Shown here piece by piece: positions 38,838 to 50,189 of a stretch of DNA of 64,000 nucleotides (within the stretch, counting starts at the first letter, position 1; every line of letters starts with the position of its first letter). The notes below the pieces were generated by a model. The model was not told the origin of the DNA. It ran no database searches and saw nothing but the letters and a program-made list of their open reading frames with translations. This DNA is from a virus. The DNA is taken from positions 70,123 to 134,122 of the IMG/VR virus record IMGVR_UViG_3300002920_000062, one strand, 5' to 3'. The translations under genes and the position numbers were made by a program.

Positions 38838-39254
38838 TTAAGCTAAACTAGCAGTGCTTGTGTTAATATCTAAATTAATATTAGTAACGAAGGGAACATT
38901 GAAAGGGCGTATTGCTAATTGTAATTCTGCTATTATTATGTTTTCGCTTCTAAAAACTCTTACTTGATTAAAGATTATCCTCGGATCTTGGGCCGCTACT
39001 CTTCTTATTTCAGCATCTACTTCTTCTTGAAGAATATCTGTATTTGGTTCGAAAAGAATGTCCCAAATAGAAGAACCATAATTAGGTTGACCAACTTTAG
39101 TTCCTTGTCGTATATTGAGTGCATTAATTAAATCTCTCACTACTAATTCTTGGTCAGTTAATCTAAACTTATTGCCAAGAACCGTTCCCAAATTATCTCT
39201 TGTTCTGTTACCTTTACAACCGTCAACTGTGCTAAAACCAATAAATCTTGCCAT
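38838..39254 (-). CDS. gp25: Baseplate wedge subunit, gp25-like
   Basis: LINALNIRQG.KVGQPNYGSSIWDILFEP..DPRI. Confidence 0.88.
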   Translation of the reverse strand: MARFIGFSTVDGCKGNRTRDNLGTVLGNKFRLTDQELVVRDLINALNIRQGTKVGQPNYGSSIWDILFEPNTDILQEEVDAEIRRVAAQDPRIIFNQVRVFRSENIIIAELQLAIRPFNVPFVTNINLDINTSTASLA

Positions 39255-39290
39255 AATTATTTCTCTTTACAATATTTATCTAGTAGCTTA

Positions 39291-42200
39291 TTATACGTAA
39301 CCGCCTATTCCGGTTGAATTATCATCTTTACTGCTTTTGACCCGAGTATTAGAAATACTTTGTAATCTGGTCTTGGCTTCTTCAAGTTCTGTTACTTTTT
39401 TATAGTCTACTACACCCTCAAACTCGGGCTTAGGAATTGCCGGGTCGTTAAGAATTTTCTTTATTTGTTCTTCCTGTAGGTTTCTGTTGCGAGTGTTAGT
39501 GGCGAATGAAGGAAGCTTGATTGGGGTTTTGCCGGCTCGCCCAATTGCACCGATAGAAGATAGCATTGACGATACTAACCCTATAGGTAAGACGCTTTTA
39601 ATTGCGTCAGTCAACCCAGACTTAATGTTTTTAAAAGAGAACTTGAAATCAATGTTTTGAATTCCGCTGAATAGACTGTTTCCTGTAGACACTATATTAT
39701 TTAGGTTACCCGGTATGTTGGAAATACCACTTGCTAACTGTGAAGCTTTACTAGACAAGCTACCAATTTGGATATCTTTAGCAGCATTTGACAACCCAGT
39801 TAATCCATCAGTAATTGATGAACTGTATCCAGCTAATGAGTTTACAAAGTTTACGCTATTGCTCAATGAGTTTGATAATTGACTGAAATTGCCGCCTGAC
39901 ACTGTTCCTATTAAATCAGAAGTATTACCAAAGTTTGGTAATGTCCCTGAAATTGATCCCACATTGACTGTGTTAATTCCTGTGCTAATATCATTGATTA
40001 CCGAATTTCCTCCCCCAATGATACTTTCAATTGAGTTGCTATCAAAAGTCGTTGCCACTTGACTTACTGTATTTTGTAGAGGGGATGAAACACCTGTAAC
40101 TAAGTTTGCTAAATTAGAAGCATTTATAGTAGAAGTCTTTACAGACTTGGATAGATTTTGCGGAATACCGGGGGTGAGCTTACCGAACGAATTCTTTATT
40201 AAATCAAAAGAACTTGAAATTGCGCCATACGAAGTGTTAATATTCATACCCGAATTGTTCATTACTCCTATAGTATTTGTCAGTCCCGCTAATACTCCTG
40301 TAGTTTCTGATTGCATTACAGTTAGATTTGTTGATGATATATGTGATAATAACTTGTCGCCAGCAATACTAAAGGACAGCTGGTCAGATGAAACGATGTT
40401 CTTGTTTGCTAGTTCGACTATGTCATTAGTCCCTAATACTGCTGCGGCTGACAATATTCCAGCTACTTGCGTTTTAGATTCATTGCCTCTCAGTAACCCT
40501 ACTTCAATTAACTGTTGCTGCGCCACCTTCATTGAATTTACCATTGAGGTAGTTTGAGCTTCTAAATTGCGAGAAAGACTTATAGTGTTATCTGCACCCG
40601 GTGAACCCGTATACAACTGCGTTGGTATGATCTCATCCGCTGCTTTGCCTGACTTAGCTAAAGTATTTATTAGGGTGTCTGATCCTGGTTTCAATACACC
40701 GCTTTTAACTAAGCTCTTTGGATCTCTGTCGTAGACACCAACTGTTGTAGCAGGGTTGATTGGTTGGATTTCACCAAGCTGAATAACATTGTTTTTTGCT
40801 GCTTCAAGAGCCGAGTTGACGCCATATGTTGCGTTTGGATTTTGATTGGTAATACCAGCGCTTGACTTGAGTAGGTTCTTAGCTCCTATAATCCCTGCAA
40901 TAACCGAAGCTGCTCCCAACAAGCTTCCTAAATCGGTTTTCTTTAACGACTTAGAAACTTCAGCCCCTTCAGGTGCCGTAACAGTAGATGCCTCGGCTAC
41001 TGGAATAGGTGCTGCTGTATTTGCTTCGCTGTTGATTTTATCTACATTATTTGATGCAGGCTGGGGTAAATTGTCATCCGCATTTCCACTATTCTTGATG
41101 TCAACTCCAAGGCCAGCCCCGACCCAAGGACAATGTGCAGGTGCTCTTGACGTTATAGATAATAATTTGCCCGGTGCTGCGCTCCACCCTGTTGTTTTGT
41201 CAAACATCGTATCTGTATGAGCTATCAATGCTATATCATTTATAGATGGTGCTTTGAGACTTGCACTGCCTGAATTCAAGTTGACTCTTGATCCATTAAT
41301 AAAAGTCTGTGAACTTGAAGTTAAGCTTGCTTGTCCACTAGCATTTAATGCTATGGCTGCTTTTACTTTAGCAGTATAATTTTGACCTACGTCTAATCTA
41401 AAATCTTTTCCAGACTTAAAATTGATTTCTTCTATGGAATTGACATTAATATTTTTGGCTTTTATATTGATTTTTTCTTCGGCATGTAAATTAATATCTC
41501 TGTCAGCATGGATATTAAAATCACCCTCTGTTCTCATGTTAATACTATTTGTAGAGTAGATATCAACAGTACCCTCTTTTCCAAGCTCAATATAGCTCTG
41601 CCCATTACTATGTAATATCATTAATGTTTGTCCATCATCACTCATTAAAATTTGATGACCTAACGCTGTCCTAATTCTTATTAGTTGGTCTCTACCAATA
41701 ATATCACCGTCGTCCATAACAATTGAATGGCCGCCTCTACGAGAAACTACCTTCAATCTCTCGGCATTTGCTTGATCAAGGTTTTCAGGTAGGTTGCTAT
41801 CATCATACCCGCCTTCATATATTGGTCTACCTGGTGTGCTTACTCCCCAACCAACTCTACTTACTGTTTCTCTGCTTGCGCTGCTGCTGATTGGGCCACG
41901 TATCGGATCTCTGATAACACCTTGTTGACTCATCACACTAGCTGTATAGCTATGGACCGGCCTAGCCTCTTCTAAAAATTGATCGCTTTCGTTGATTTCA
42001 GGGTTGTTGATATTGATGTTAGTAGTTGGTAAGCGTGGAGCACCCGACAAACTCTCTGCTTCATTTTCATTCACAGTGACATTAGTAGCTGCACCTAAAG
42101 CAGGAACCATATGCAGTGTTTCTGGTTCTGGTATTGCACCAATGTAATACCCTGCGTTCATATCGCCATTAACAAATATACAAATTACCTTAGTGCCAAT

Positions 42201-42518
42201 GTCAGGTGGAGATTGCCATTGCCCATAGCTAGCCGGGTTAGCCTTATATGAACCATAATCGCCAGTGCTGCTTCCCGCTGTTGGTCTGACAGAACCAAAG
42301 AATGTAGTGAGATAACTGACTGTTACCCAACTTGATGAATCATCAGGGCTTATCGACCCTTTACCGTCTTGTAATGCTACACGTATCCTACCTGACCGCA
42401 GTGGATCAATATTGTCTTTGACGATACCGATTATCGGATAATTTTTAACATCAGCACCGCCACTGTCAATTTTTGAGGCTTTAGTTGGGCCTTTTGGTTT
42501 ATACGTGTCTAATGGCAT
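39291..42518 (-). CDS. gp5: Baseplate hub/spike protein, gp5-like OB fold with long C-terminal extension
   Basis: GIVKDNIDPLRSGRIRV, PPDIGTKVICIF, beta-helix-like DINLHA repeats; no lysozyme motif recognised. Confidence 0.75.
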   Translation of the reverse strand: MPLDTYKPKGPTKASKIDSGGADVKNYPIIGIVKDNIDPLRSGRIRVALQDGKGSISPDDSSSWVTVSYLTTFFGSVRPTAGSSTGDYGSYKANPASYGQWQSPPDIGTKVICIFVNGDMNAGYYIGAIPEPETLHMVPALGAATNVTVNENEAESLSGAPRLPTTNININNPEINESDQFLEEARPVHSYTASVMSQQGVIRDPIRGPISSSASRETVSRVGWGVSTPGRPIYEGGYDDSNLPENLDQANAERLKVVSRRGGHSIVMDDGDIIGRDQLIRIRTALGHQILMSDDGQTLMILHSNGQSYIELGKEGTVDIYSTNSINMRTEGDFNIHADRDINLHAEEKINIKAKNINVNSIEEINFKSGKDFRLDVGQNYTAKVKAAIALNASGQASLTSSSQTFINGSRVNLNSGSASLKAPSINDIALIAHTDTMFDKTTGWSAAPGKLLSITSRAPAHCPWVGAGLGVDIKNSGNADDNLPQPASNNVDKINSEANTAAPIPVAEASTVTAPEGAEVSKSLKKTDLGSLLGAASVIAGIIGAKNLLKSSAGITNQNPNATYGVNSALEAAKNNVIQLGEIQPINPATTVGVYDRDPKSLVKSGVLKPGSDTLINTLAKSGKAADEIIPTQLYTGSPGADNTISLSRNLEAQTTSMVNSMKVAQQQLIEVGLLRGNESKTQVAGILSAAAVLGTNDIVELANKNIVSSDQLSFSIAGDKLLSHISSTNLTVMQSETTGVLAGLTNTIGVMNNSGMNINTSYGAISSSFDLIKNSFGKLTPGIPQNLSKSVKTSTINASNLANLVTGVSSPLQNTVSQVATTFDSNSIESIIGGGNSVINDISTGINTVNVGSISGTLPNFGNTSDLIGTVSGGNFSQLSNSLSNSVNFVNSLAGYSSSITDGLTGLSNAAKDIQIGSLSSKASQLASGISNIPGNLNNIVSTGNSLFSGIQNIDFKFSFKNIKSGLTDAIKSVLPIGLVSSMLSSIGAIGRAGKTPIKLPSFATNTRNRNLQEEQIKKILNDPAIPKPEFEGVVDYKKVTELEEAKTRLQSISNTRVKSSKDDNSTGIGGYV

Positions 42519-42533
42519 AGTTTAATTCTCTTA

Positions 42534-44867
42534 TTAAGATCCAGGAGTACCCGGCGTAACAATGTTATTGTCTTGGGTGAACTCATTTAACCTAAGCTCC
42601 TCTTCGGCTCGGGCATTAATTTGTTCTTGCGTTTCTTCATTAAGGGCATTAGCAGCAATTGAGCGGTTAATTACCGAAGTAATATTTTGGGTAAATGCAC
42701 CCCCGCTAAAGACGCTTTTTACTGTAAGAAGTTGATAGCTCACACCTTGAACATTTTCAGCATCCTCAGTATTATATTTCCAAAACTCAATACTGTCATT
42801 AAGCGCCATTGTACCCGGTTGGCCTGTAATTCCTCGATCAGTGTTTTCTACTAAATCATTAATTGCTGTATCTGTCACATTGTAGTCAATTGCCTCTTTG
42901 AAATCCACTTCAAAGAAAACCTGGCGAGATGTTCCGTCAATCTTACCTGTTATTTCTCTTGCAGTATCATTAATAACCGAAGACACTGTACTGTTCATTA
43001 GATAATCGGGGTCACCTAATATTTGAAACTTTGCTTCGACAAAGCTAGAGGGGTCGTACAAGCTAGTTTTAAAAGCATTTACCGCCGCAGTGGCCAATGT
43101 TCCGCCCGAGTTAGATTTATCTCCGCCGGGTTCTGCATTTGTTGCTACTGTTATCCCAACTTTATCTTTATATTTGCCAGACGTGCCATCGGGGTCAGGT
43201 ATGGACAAAAAGTAATTATTATTGATAACCTGTTCATATCCAAGTATTTCAGTATTTTTTCCAGTATACCAATAATCATATCTTTTATGCGGGCCGTAAT
43301 AATTAGTAGTATTATTTACGTATGGTGCAGGAACATTTGGTATCAAGTATGGCTTGATTATGTATTTGATATCATACACCCAGTCTTTTTTATCATTGTC
43401 CCATTCTATTCTTGATATTTCTGGGCTAATATTAAACCACTTAAGCTCTTTACCTTTACCCTGTTTACTATAAGGAGTGTTGGTCTTTTGGTTCATTTCC
43501 TTAGCGTCAGTATAGTTTTTGGTGAGAGAATCTTGGATGTAAGTGCTATTACCAATAACCTGTTCAATTGCCTGAACGATAGGTATTTTACCTATTGACA
43601 TTCTTCTTTTGTTTTTGTTTGGAGTACTAGCTAATGCTGCGGCGTCAGTAGATTCTGTTGAGTTTTTTGCTGCGGTAGTCGCTTGTTTGGTTTTGTCTGT
43701 AATATTGTCTGTGACAATTAACGAGTTAGCTATTTCTCCGTTATCAAGCCATTTTATACTATATTTGATAGCTCTACCGTTACCAGGAATTTTTGCTAAT
43801 TCTTCTTGCTCTTTGTTTAGCTGAGTTAAAAGACCGTGTTCTCCTGTTAGCATGTCATTAACAGTAGTTCCCTGAATATCTCTGTCTGATGTAACCATAC
43901 CCCTTCTTACGTTCACAACTCCGCTAATAGCGGTTGGTTGCGCCTCAATGTTATACATTGTAGATCTACCATCGACCTTAAACTTGAACGAAGTAAAGAC
44001 TAGTTCAGTATATGACTCAAATAAAGCACCTGTGCCTGAAGCATTGGGATCAAGTGGTTGTCCGTCGGGCATAATCTCGTTGCCCATCATTTGATTACCG
44101 TCGGCATCCCAGCCGTAAAACCTGATGCCTAATATGAAAAAATTTCTAGTTGTGTCTTGTAGCTGAGTCCCACTTGGAAATTTATTTTTTTCTTCACTTT
44201 GCATTTCTCGTTGTGCCCTAGATAACTGAGACACAAACGAAAATCCATATGGTTCAACTATACTAAATTTATAGTCGATTTTTACACTGTTCTGCCCGGC
44301 CGTGCTTGCTGGCATAATTGTCTCAATATTAAGTCTATCTATGAAATAGTCGTACTTAAACCCAGGTGCTCTAAATTGATCAGCTCCAGTTCCGCCACCT
44401 TGCGCTACCAAAAACGCACCCACTTTATTATTACCAGCGTCAGCCTTATTGAAAATTTCAATTGTCCTACGACCAGAAGCAATAAAGGCTTCATACGCAG
44501 AAGGAGAAATCATATACAAGCTTAGCTGATAAGTGTATGTTGAAAGATAGCTTAGTGGATTTTTTAGTCTTCCTGATATTTTTGCGTTAGCCGCATTTTT
44601 TAGAAATTCTACCTTACTTTCATTTTCATATAATTCTGTTGCTGAGGCCTCCGAAGAATTTACTGGTCTACCTTCAGGGTCATTATTGTCCTGTTGGTTT
44701 TGGAAAATAGCTATATCAGGAGGAACTGTATTATCAGTCCCGAAATAATTAGTAGGCTCAATTACCTTGAAATATACTGCTGGAGTAATTCCAGATATAA
44801 GAGAATTTGCTGGCTTTCCTGCTAAAAAATCATCATTTGCTGGGTCAGATAATGGTTCATTTGCCAT
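42534..44867 (-). CDS. Baseplate hub protein (gp27-like by position)
   Basis: ORF track; LKNPLSYLSTYTYQLSLY, FQILGDPDY; located between gp5-like and gp53-like genes. Confidence 0.6.
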   Translation of the reverse strand: MANEPLSDPANDDFLAGKPANSLISGITPAVYFKVIEPTNYFGTDNTVPPDIAIFQNQQDNNDPEGRPVNSSEASATELYENESKVEFLKNAANAKISGRLKNPLSYLSTYTYQLSLYMISPSAYEAFIASGRRTIEIFNKADAGNNKVGAFLVAQGGGTGADQFRAPGFKYDYFIDRLNIETIMPASTAGQNSVKIDYKFSIVEPYGFSFVSQLSRAQREMQSEEKNKFPSGTQLQDTTRNFFILGIRFYGWDADGNQMMGNEIMPDGQPLDPNASGTGALFESYTELVFTSFKFKVDGRSTMYNIEAQPTAISGVVNVRRGMVTSDRDIQGTTVNDMLTGEHGLLTQLNKEQEELAKIPGNGRAIKYSIKWLDNGEIANSLIVTDNITDKTKQATTAAKNSTESTDAAALASTPNKNKRRMSIGKIPIVQAIEQVIGNSTYIQDSLTKNYTDAKEMNQKTNTPYSKQGKGKELKWFNISPEISRIEWDNDKKDWVYDIKYIIKPYLIPNVPAPYVNNTTNYYGPHKRYDYWYTGKNTEILGYEQVINNNYFLSIPDPDGTSGKYKDKVGITVATNAEPGGDKSNSGGTLATAAVNAFKTSLYDPSSFVEAKFQILGDPDYLMNSTVSSVINDTAREITGKIDGTSRQVFFEVDFKEAIDYNVTDTAINDLVENTDRGITGQPGTMALNDSIEFWKYNTEDAENVQGVSYQLLTVKSVFSGGAFTQNITSVINRSIAANALNEETQEQINARAEEELRLNEFTQDNNIVTPGTPGS

Positions 44868-44868
44868 A

Positions 44869-45186
44869 TTAATTACCTAATGCCCTCTGTATATTTATTT
44901 GTTTTGGGATGTAGATCTTAGTTCCAGCAGTCATGTTGAAATATGGATCTGGCCCTAATACATTGGGGTTTCTAGCTGCAAAAACCCACCATAATTGTGC
45001 ATTGTTGTATAAATCAAATGCAAGCAAATCTGGGCGGTACTCGTACACTGGAGTAATGGTCATTAAAACATCATCTTCTTCTGCAATGATTGGTCTATAC
45101 CGAAGAACATCAAGAAACTTACCATTTACAATATCAGTGTTATAATAAGGGCTGGATCTGCCGTATATCTGTTGTCTTGTTACCAA
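44869..45186 (-). CDS. gp53: Baseplate wedge protein, gp53/LysM-like
   Basis: YEYRPDLLAFDLYNNAQLWWVFAARN..GTKIYIP. Confidence 0.85.
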   Translation of the reverse strand: MVTRQQIYGRSSPYYNTDIVNGKFLDVLRYRPIIAEEDDVLMTITPVYEYRPDLLAFDLYNNAQLWWVFAARNPNVLGPDPYFNMTAGTKIYIPKQINIQRALGN

Positions 45187-46184
45187 AATCTTCCTCCGTC
45201 CTTAAGATAGGCTTTACCACTAGCATAATCCTTAGTACTATAATTATCTGCCAATGACGCTCTTGAAACAACAGGCAAGCAGTTAATATTTAAAGTAATC
45301 TTGGATGGGACATAGCTTATCTGGTTAAACGCAGCTTGGTCTGGGAGGGCACTGAAATTAGGTCCTGCTCTTTGCCCTCCGGGTAGAATTTCATCAGGTA
45401 ATCTTCCATCTGGAATTCTGCTACTTTTCCATTGAATAGGTTCAGGTTTAAACCTTGAGGCATAACGGTCTGGTCCGGTTGTGGGGATATAGTCTACATC
45501 GTTGGGAAGCGTATAGGAAAAGGTTGTTATCACAAGGGGGTGTTCTGAAAACTGATAGCTACCAAGTCCTTTTAAGAAACACAAAGGGGGCGGAGTCCCT
45601 GCTCTTGGTGTCTCATCTTTACCATCTTGCCCAAAGAACATCTTTGTTGCTGTTCTGAAAAAATGAATAACCGAAAGCAAATATCTAGCTTCTTTAGTAT
45701 CTTGTGCAGTAAAGTCCCCCACAATGTTCACGGTATCTACTGAGCTACTAGCATACTGATATATCTTGTAGTTGGTATGTACAATATCTGTGGTGTTATA
45801 GTTAGCCGAGTAAGTTACTGTAATCTGCGGTAAGTAAGGAAATATCACCCCGTTAGTTTGTTTTAATGGTTCAAGAATACCAGGATCTTTTGCGTTATAT
45901 AGATATTTTGATCCCGGTGCTAATGATAATTTTACACGCCAGTCATATTCGGGCTCGGGGAGAGGAGCAGGAGGAACGGGGCGTTTGGCAACAACAGTAA
46001 TACCACCGTCTTCGTCTAGATTAGCCAAACCCCCTCTTTCTACTGCACCAAGAACTTCGTTTCTAATTTCCCGGTCTTCTGGACTTAATGATGCAACCTG
46101 TTCTGGTGTAAGATTAGGATCATAAATGTCTACAGGATTAGATGGATCACTAGTTACAGGTGGTTTAGAAATAGGGTTTGGCAT
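45180..46184 (-). CDS. Tail tube initiator-like protein (gp48/gp54-like)
   Basis: GVIFPYLPQITVTYSANY, FFRTATKMFFG, GTPPP; first gene of the baseplate operon. Confidence 0.65.
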   Translation of the reverse strand: MPNPISKPPVTSDPSNPVDIYDPNLTPEQVASLSPEDREIRNEVLGAVERGGLANLDEDGGITVVAKRPVPPAPLPEPEYDWRVKLSLAPGSKYLYNAKDPGILEPLKQTNGVIFPYLPQITVTYSANYNTTDIVHTNYKIYQYASSSVDTVNIVGDFTAQDTKEARYLLSVIHFFRTATKMFFGQDGKDETPRAGTPPPLCFLKGLGSYQFSEHPLVITTFSYTLPNDVDYIPTTGPDRYASRFKPEPIQWKSSRIPDGRLPDEILPGGQRAGPNFSALPDQAAFNQISYVPSKITLNINCLPVVSRASLADNYSTKDYASGKAYLKDGGRFW

Positions 46185-46317
46185 GTTTTCTCCGGGCTAA
46201 ATATCAATTACTAGCTTCATTGTATTTATCACTGAAAAAAACACTGGTATTTTACCCTAAACTGTTGTAAAATTACCCCGAGTTGTAATAAAATTACACA
46301 AACTAACAGGAATTAAT

Positions 46318-47193
46318 ATGACAAACATAAGAAAACAGAAAAAAGTAAACTACCTAAACAACAAAGACATTCTAAAAGAAATTCACAAAAGTAAAACATC
46401 ATATTGTTCTTTCGTTAACCCAGACTATCATCAATACGATATCATTATTGACAAACCAGATTTACCATTATCTAAATCACTTGAATTTGCCCTTAAGCCT
46501 ACGCAAATAAAACGGGCTAAAGAGAACAGGGCAGCTAGGTTGTCTATGGAAACTGAAACAAAAGTAAACCCAAAAGACATACCAGAAACAGAATTGATTT
46601 TTAGAGTGATGACCTGGGAACATGTGCCAATGTCACAGAAAGTTCCTAAAAAATCACAACCAAAGAAAACAGCCAAAGATATTATTGATTTTGACTTCAG
46701 TATCGACGAAGAAGTTGATTCAGATATTGACCTAGATGATGAAAACTTAGTATATGAAAAAGTAAATTTCCCTCCTTTTCAGCATTTTAAACTTGATAGC
46801 GAAAGAAATTTTATATGCGTAGGTAAGAGTCACTGGATAGGTGACATGGAAAACGGATATTTCAGTAAAGATCACGGGCAGATAACTGACAAGCTTGCAA
46901 GAATCTTCATGATGCTTTGTGAGAAGTATTCAATGAAATATAATTGGAGGGGATATACTTACCGAGATGAAATGGAAGCTAGTGCGATTCTACAGTTAAC
47001 TTATGTCGGTCTACGTTTTAACGAAGCCAAGAGTTCTAATCCGTTTGCTTATTATACACAAGCTGTCACCAACAATTTCAGACGAATTCTAAACATTGAA
47101 AAGAGAAACCGAGCCATTCGTGACGAACTTCTTGAAGCTAATGGTTTAATGCCATCCCTCTATCGTCAAATGAGTGACTACGATAAAAAGTAA
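46318..47193 (+). CDS. gp55: Late sigma factor, gp55-like
   Basis: VNYLNNKDILKEIH, YNWRGYTYRDEM, FNEAKSSNPFAYYTQ..F.RILNIEKRN; upstream of gp47/gp46 as in T4-like phages. Confidence 0.85.
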   Translation: MTNIRKQKKVNYLNNKDILKEIHKSKTSYCSFVNPDYHQYDIIIDKPDLPLSKSLEFALKPTQIKRAKENRAARLSMETETKVNPKDIPETELIFRVMTWEHVPMSQKVPKKSQPKKTAKDIIDFDFSIDEEVDSDIDLDDENLVYEKVNFPPFQHFKLDSERNFICVGKSHWIGDMENGYFSKDHGQITDKLARIFMMLCEKYSMKYNWRGYTYRDEMEASAILQLTYVGLRFNEAKSSNPFAYYTQAVTNNFRRILNIEKRNRAIRDELLEANGLMPSLYRQMSDYDKK

Positions 47194-48909
47194 TCATTCT
47201 TCCAAACGTACACTGCATTACCAGAATCCCAATAACGATTCCATTTTAAGTGTTTCATAATATCCCATTCACTCCCCAAATGATGTAATTCTTTGGGGAG
47301 TTTATGTTTCTGAAACTTGACACGACTGTAGATTTCGCTCAAGTTACGAAAATACCAATAATTAGGATTAGTATAATGCGAAAATTCAAACCCTAATTTC
47401 AAGTACACCCCACCCTTTCCCCAGTTCAAATCTGCATATGAAACAACTGATAATGGAGAGTGTTCTTTGACAAAAGAAGAAAACAACTTACTTGCTGCAC
47501 CAGGTATTGAATATCCATTCTTTACTGAAAATCTTGTTATTTCATATTCATAATTTTTAGAAAATCTAGTCTTAGAAAACCCCATAACAGCATATAATTG
47601 ATCTTCATTGTCGACCAATCCATAATTAAATTTAGAATTGATTCCACTTTGAAGATGGTTTTCGTCAAAAAACTTTTTAGCAACTTGATTATTAACTATG
47701 ATAACTTTCAGCTTTCTAGCAAACAGTCTATTAGGATTTTTTTGCATTGCGTTCAAAATTCTTGCTTTTACTATATTTTCTTTAAATAATAAATCTTGTT
47801 CGAACACTTGTAAAAGAGTTATACCCTGCTCATCACATTTCTTGAATTTATTCTTATGATAGTTTCTGTCTCTACCGGCTAACTCACTATGCCAATACAA
47901 GCCGTTAAATTCAATAGCAAGTTTTAATGAGGGTATATAAAAATCAAGTTGATATGGAGAAATTAATTTGTATGTTCCATTCATATTCTATATTAAGTTC
48001 ATCCAACCACGATTTAATTAATGTTTCTCCCCAAGACATATGTGTGGGGTTGCATTCTGGACAAGCCCTGTTGTTTGCATTTCTAAAAGCTTCAAAAAAT
48101 TCATTATTACAATTATTACATTTCCAAAGCAAGAGGTCTTCTGATTTAGCAGTAGCATATTGTTCTCTGGTAAATAATGGAGTTATTTCTGTTCGGGACT
48201 TTAGTAACTCTACTAACATATTATTCTTGCGGGTATGCTTCCCCTTATTGTATATTTCTGGATTTTGAAAAGGGTGCTCTGTGCCATACCTTTTCAGGCA
48301 GGTCTCTTTAGTTGTTTCCTTAACTATCTGGTTTTTGGCTGGACGATCTACCCCATATCTCTTTAGAAAAGTTTGTGTTGTTTTTTGACATATTCCTTTA
48401 CTTTGCTGAGGCCACTCTACACCGTTGTTGACCAAACAAGTTTGTGATGACTTTTTCAATATTTCAGCATTTTGGGTAGGTGACTTAGTTCCATATCTTT
48501 GATAACAAGTTTTAGCCGCTTTGTCTTTTATTTCTTGTAGCTGGCTTATATGTTCAACACCATATAATTTCTTTACTGTGTTTTTCCTCTTTTTGGTAAT
48601 TTGATTTTTGTCAGCGGTTTTCCAATATTCTTGCTTTTCTTTAGCATTGCAAGGACAGCTACCAATATTCCCACAGAACTTGCGATAACCTTTAACTATA
48701 CCAGAATACGTTTTTTCTTTGTTACTTATGCTACAATAAGCAACTTCAATATTGTAATTGTTCAAAAAAAGATATGCCTTTCCAGACAATGAAATATCAT
48801 ATGGGTATAATTCATCCAACTCTTTTTTGAATTTTTTAGCTTTGAATACATACTCTATCGCCGTTATCAATCCTTGATGATATTTTTCTTTGATTTCACT
48901 TAATGTCAT
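47178..48909 (-). pseudogene. Free-standing Hef-like homing endonuclease split by a frameshift near 47970
   Basis: Two overlapping ORFs join into repeats YG(V/T)..P.Q, zinc ribbon WKCNNC..CPEC, SWGETLIKSWL and LDFYIPSLKLAIEFNGLYWHSE..FFDENHLQ..YADLNWG..WDSGN. Probable start MTLSEIK at 48909. Confidence 0.75.
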
Positions 48910-49012
48910 TGCTAACCCTTTTCTTATATCTATACCCAAACACCATACTATTATTTCTTTTTGGATAATAAAGTCGTTTATATTTGAAATATAATATAAT
49001 ATAATTATAGGT

Positions 49013-50029
49013 ATGAGTAATTTATTTAAGAAAGCCGCTGTATTTACCGACATTCACTATGGGTTAAAGTCAAACAGTATCACCCACAACACCGACTGTG
49101 ACAATTTTATTGACTGGTTTATTGAAAAAGCCAAAGAAAAAGGATGCGAAACATGCTTTTTCCTAGGAGACTATAACCACCACAGAGCAAGTATCAATAT
49201 ACAAACTCTACAGTTTGGTCTCAGGGGATTAGAAAAGCTTAGTAAAAGCTTTGATATAGTTTATTTCATCCCAGGAAACCACGACCTCTACTATAGAGAC
49301 AAACGTGATATTCACAGCGTCGAGTGGGCTAAACATCTTCCTAACGTTCAAATCATCAATGATTGGTTTATTACTAAGGATGTGGTTATTGCTCCCTGGT
49401 TGGTTGGCGACGATTACAGAAAGCTCCCCAAGCTTGAAGGAAAGTATCTGTTTGGTCACTTTGAAATCCCGAACTTCTATATGAACGCACAAGTCTTGAT
49501 GCCCGATCACGGGGAAATCAAAGACACGCATGTTTCCAACTTTGAAACTGTATTCAGTGGACACTTCCATAAACGCCAAACCAGAAACAATATATGGTAC
49601 ATAGGCAATGCTTTTCCACACAACTATGCAGATGCAGGTGATGATCAAAGGGGAATGATGATACTTGAATGGGGCAAAGAACCAGAATTTTATTCTTGGC
49701 CCTACCAACCCTTATATAAAGTTTATAAACTAAGTGAAGTTTTGGACAATCCTGACAAATTACTATTTCCGAAAAGCAGCGTACGAATTCATTTAGATAT
49801 TGATATTTCATACGAGGAAGCAAGTTTTATTCGTGAGACACTGATGCCAACTTATTCAATCAGAGAAATGTCGCTTATACCAATTAAGTCAGATCAACAT
49901 ACTCAAGACCTAGCTCCAGGAGAAATCAAGTTTGAAAGTGTAGATCAAATTATTATTGACAGCCTATCTGTTATTGATAGCGATTATTTCGATTCTAAGC
50001 TATTACTTGATATTTACCGAAATTTATAA
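49013..50029 (+). CDS. gp47: Recombination nuclease, gp47/Mre11/SbcD-like
   Basis: FTDIHYG, FLGDY, PGNHD, LFGHFE, FSGHFH metallophosphoesterase motifs. Confidence 0.95.
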   Translation: MSNLFKKAAVFTDIHYGLKSNSITHNTDCDNFIDWFIEKAKEKGCETCFFLGDYNHHRASINIQTLQFGLRGLEKLSKSFDIVYFIPGNHDLYYRDKRDIHSVEWAKHLPNVQIINDWFITKDVVIAPWLVGDDYRKLPKLEGKYLFGHFEIPNFYMNAQVLMPDHGEIKDTHVSNFETVFSGHFHKRQTRNNIWYIGNAFPHNYADAGDDQRGMMILEWGKEPEFYSWPYQPLYKVYKLSEVLDNPDKLLFPKSSVRIHLDIDISYEEASFIRETLMPTYSIREMSLIPIKSDQHTQDLAPGEIKFESVDQIIIDSLSVIDSDYFDSKLLLDIYRNL

Positions 50030-50189
50030 AATATGATACTTCTATGTAAAAATATGATTGGATGGTGTGATGTATCAAACTCTCCTGAAATAACAAGATA
50101 ATATTTACAAAATAGAAATGATAGCGTTTGTCATCAAAACGTAAAATATTTCATCTTACTAAAAGACCTTATAATAGAGAAATTCAAAA

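Noticed and set aside
10006-45658. Numerous plus-strand ORFs in the track opposite long minus-strand genes
   Set aside because: Antisense shadows of biased codon usage, with no RBS or recognisable motifs.
50030-50189. Small ORF between gp47 and gp46
   Set aside because: Only ~22 codons with no recognisable features.
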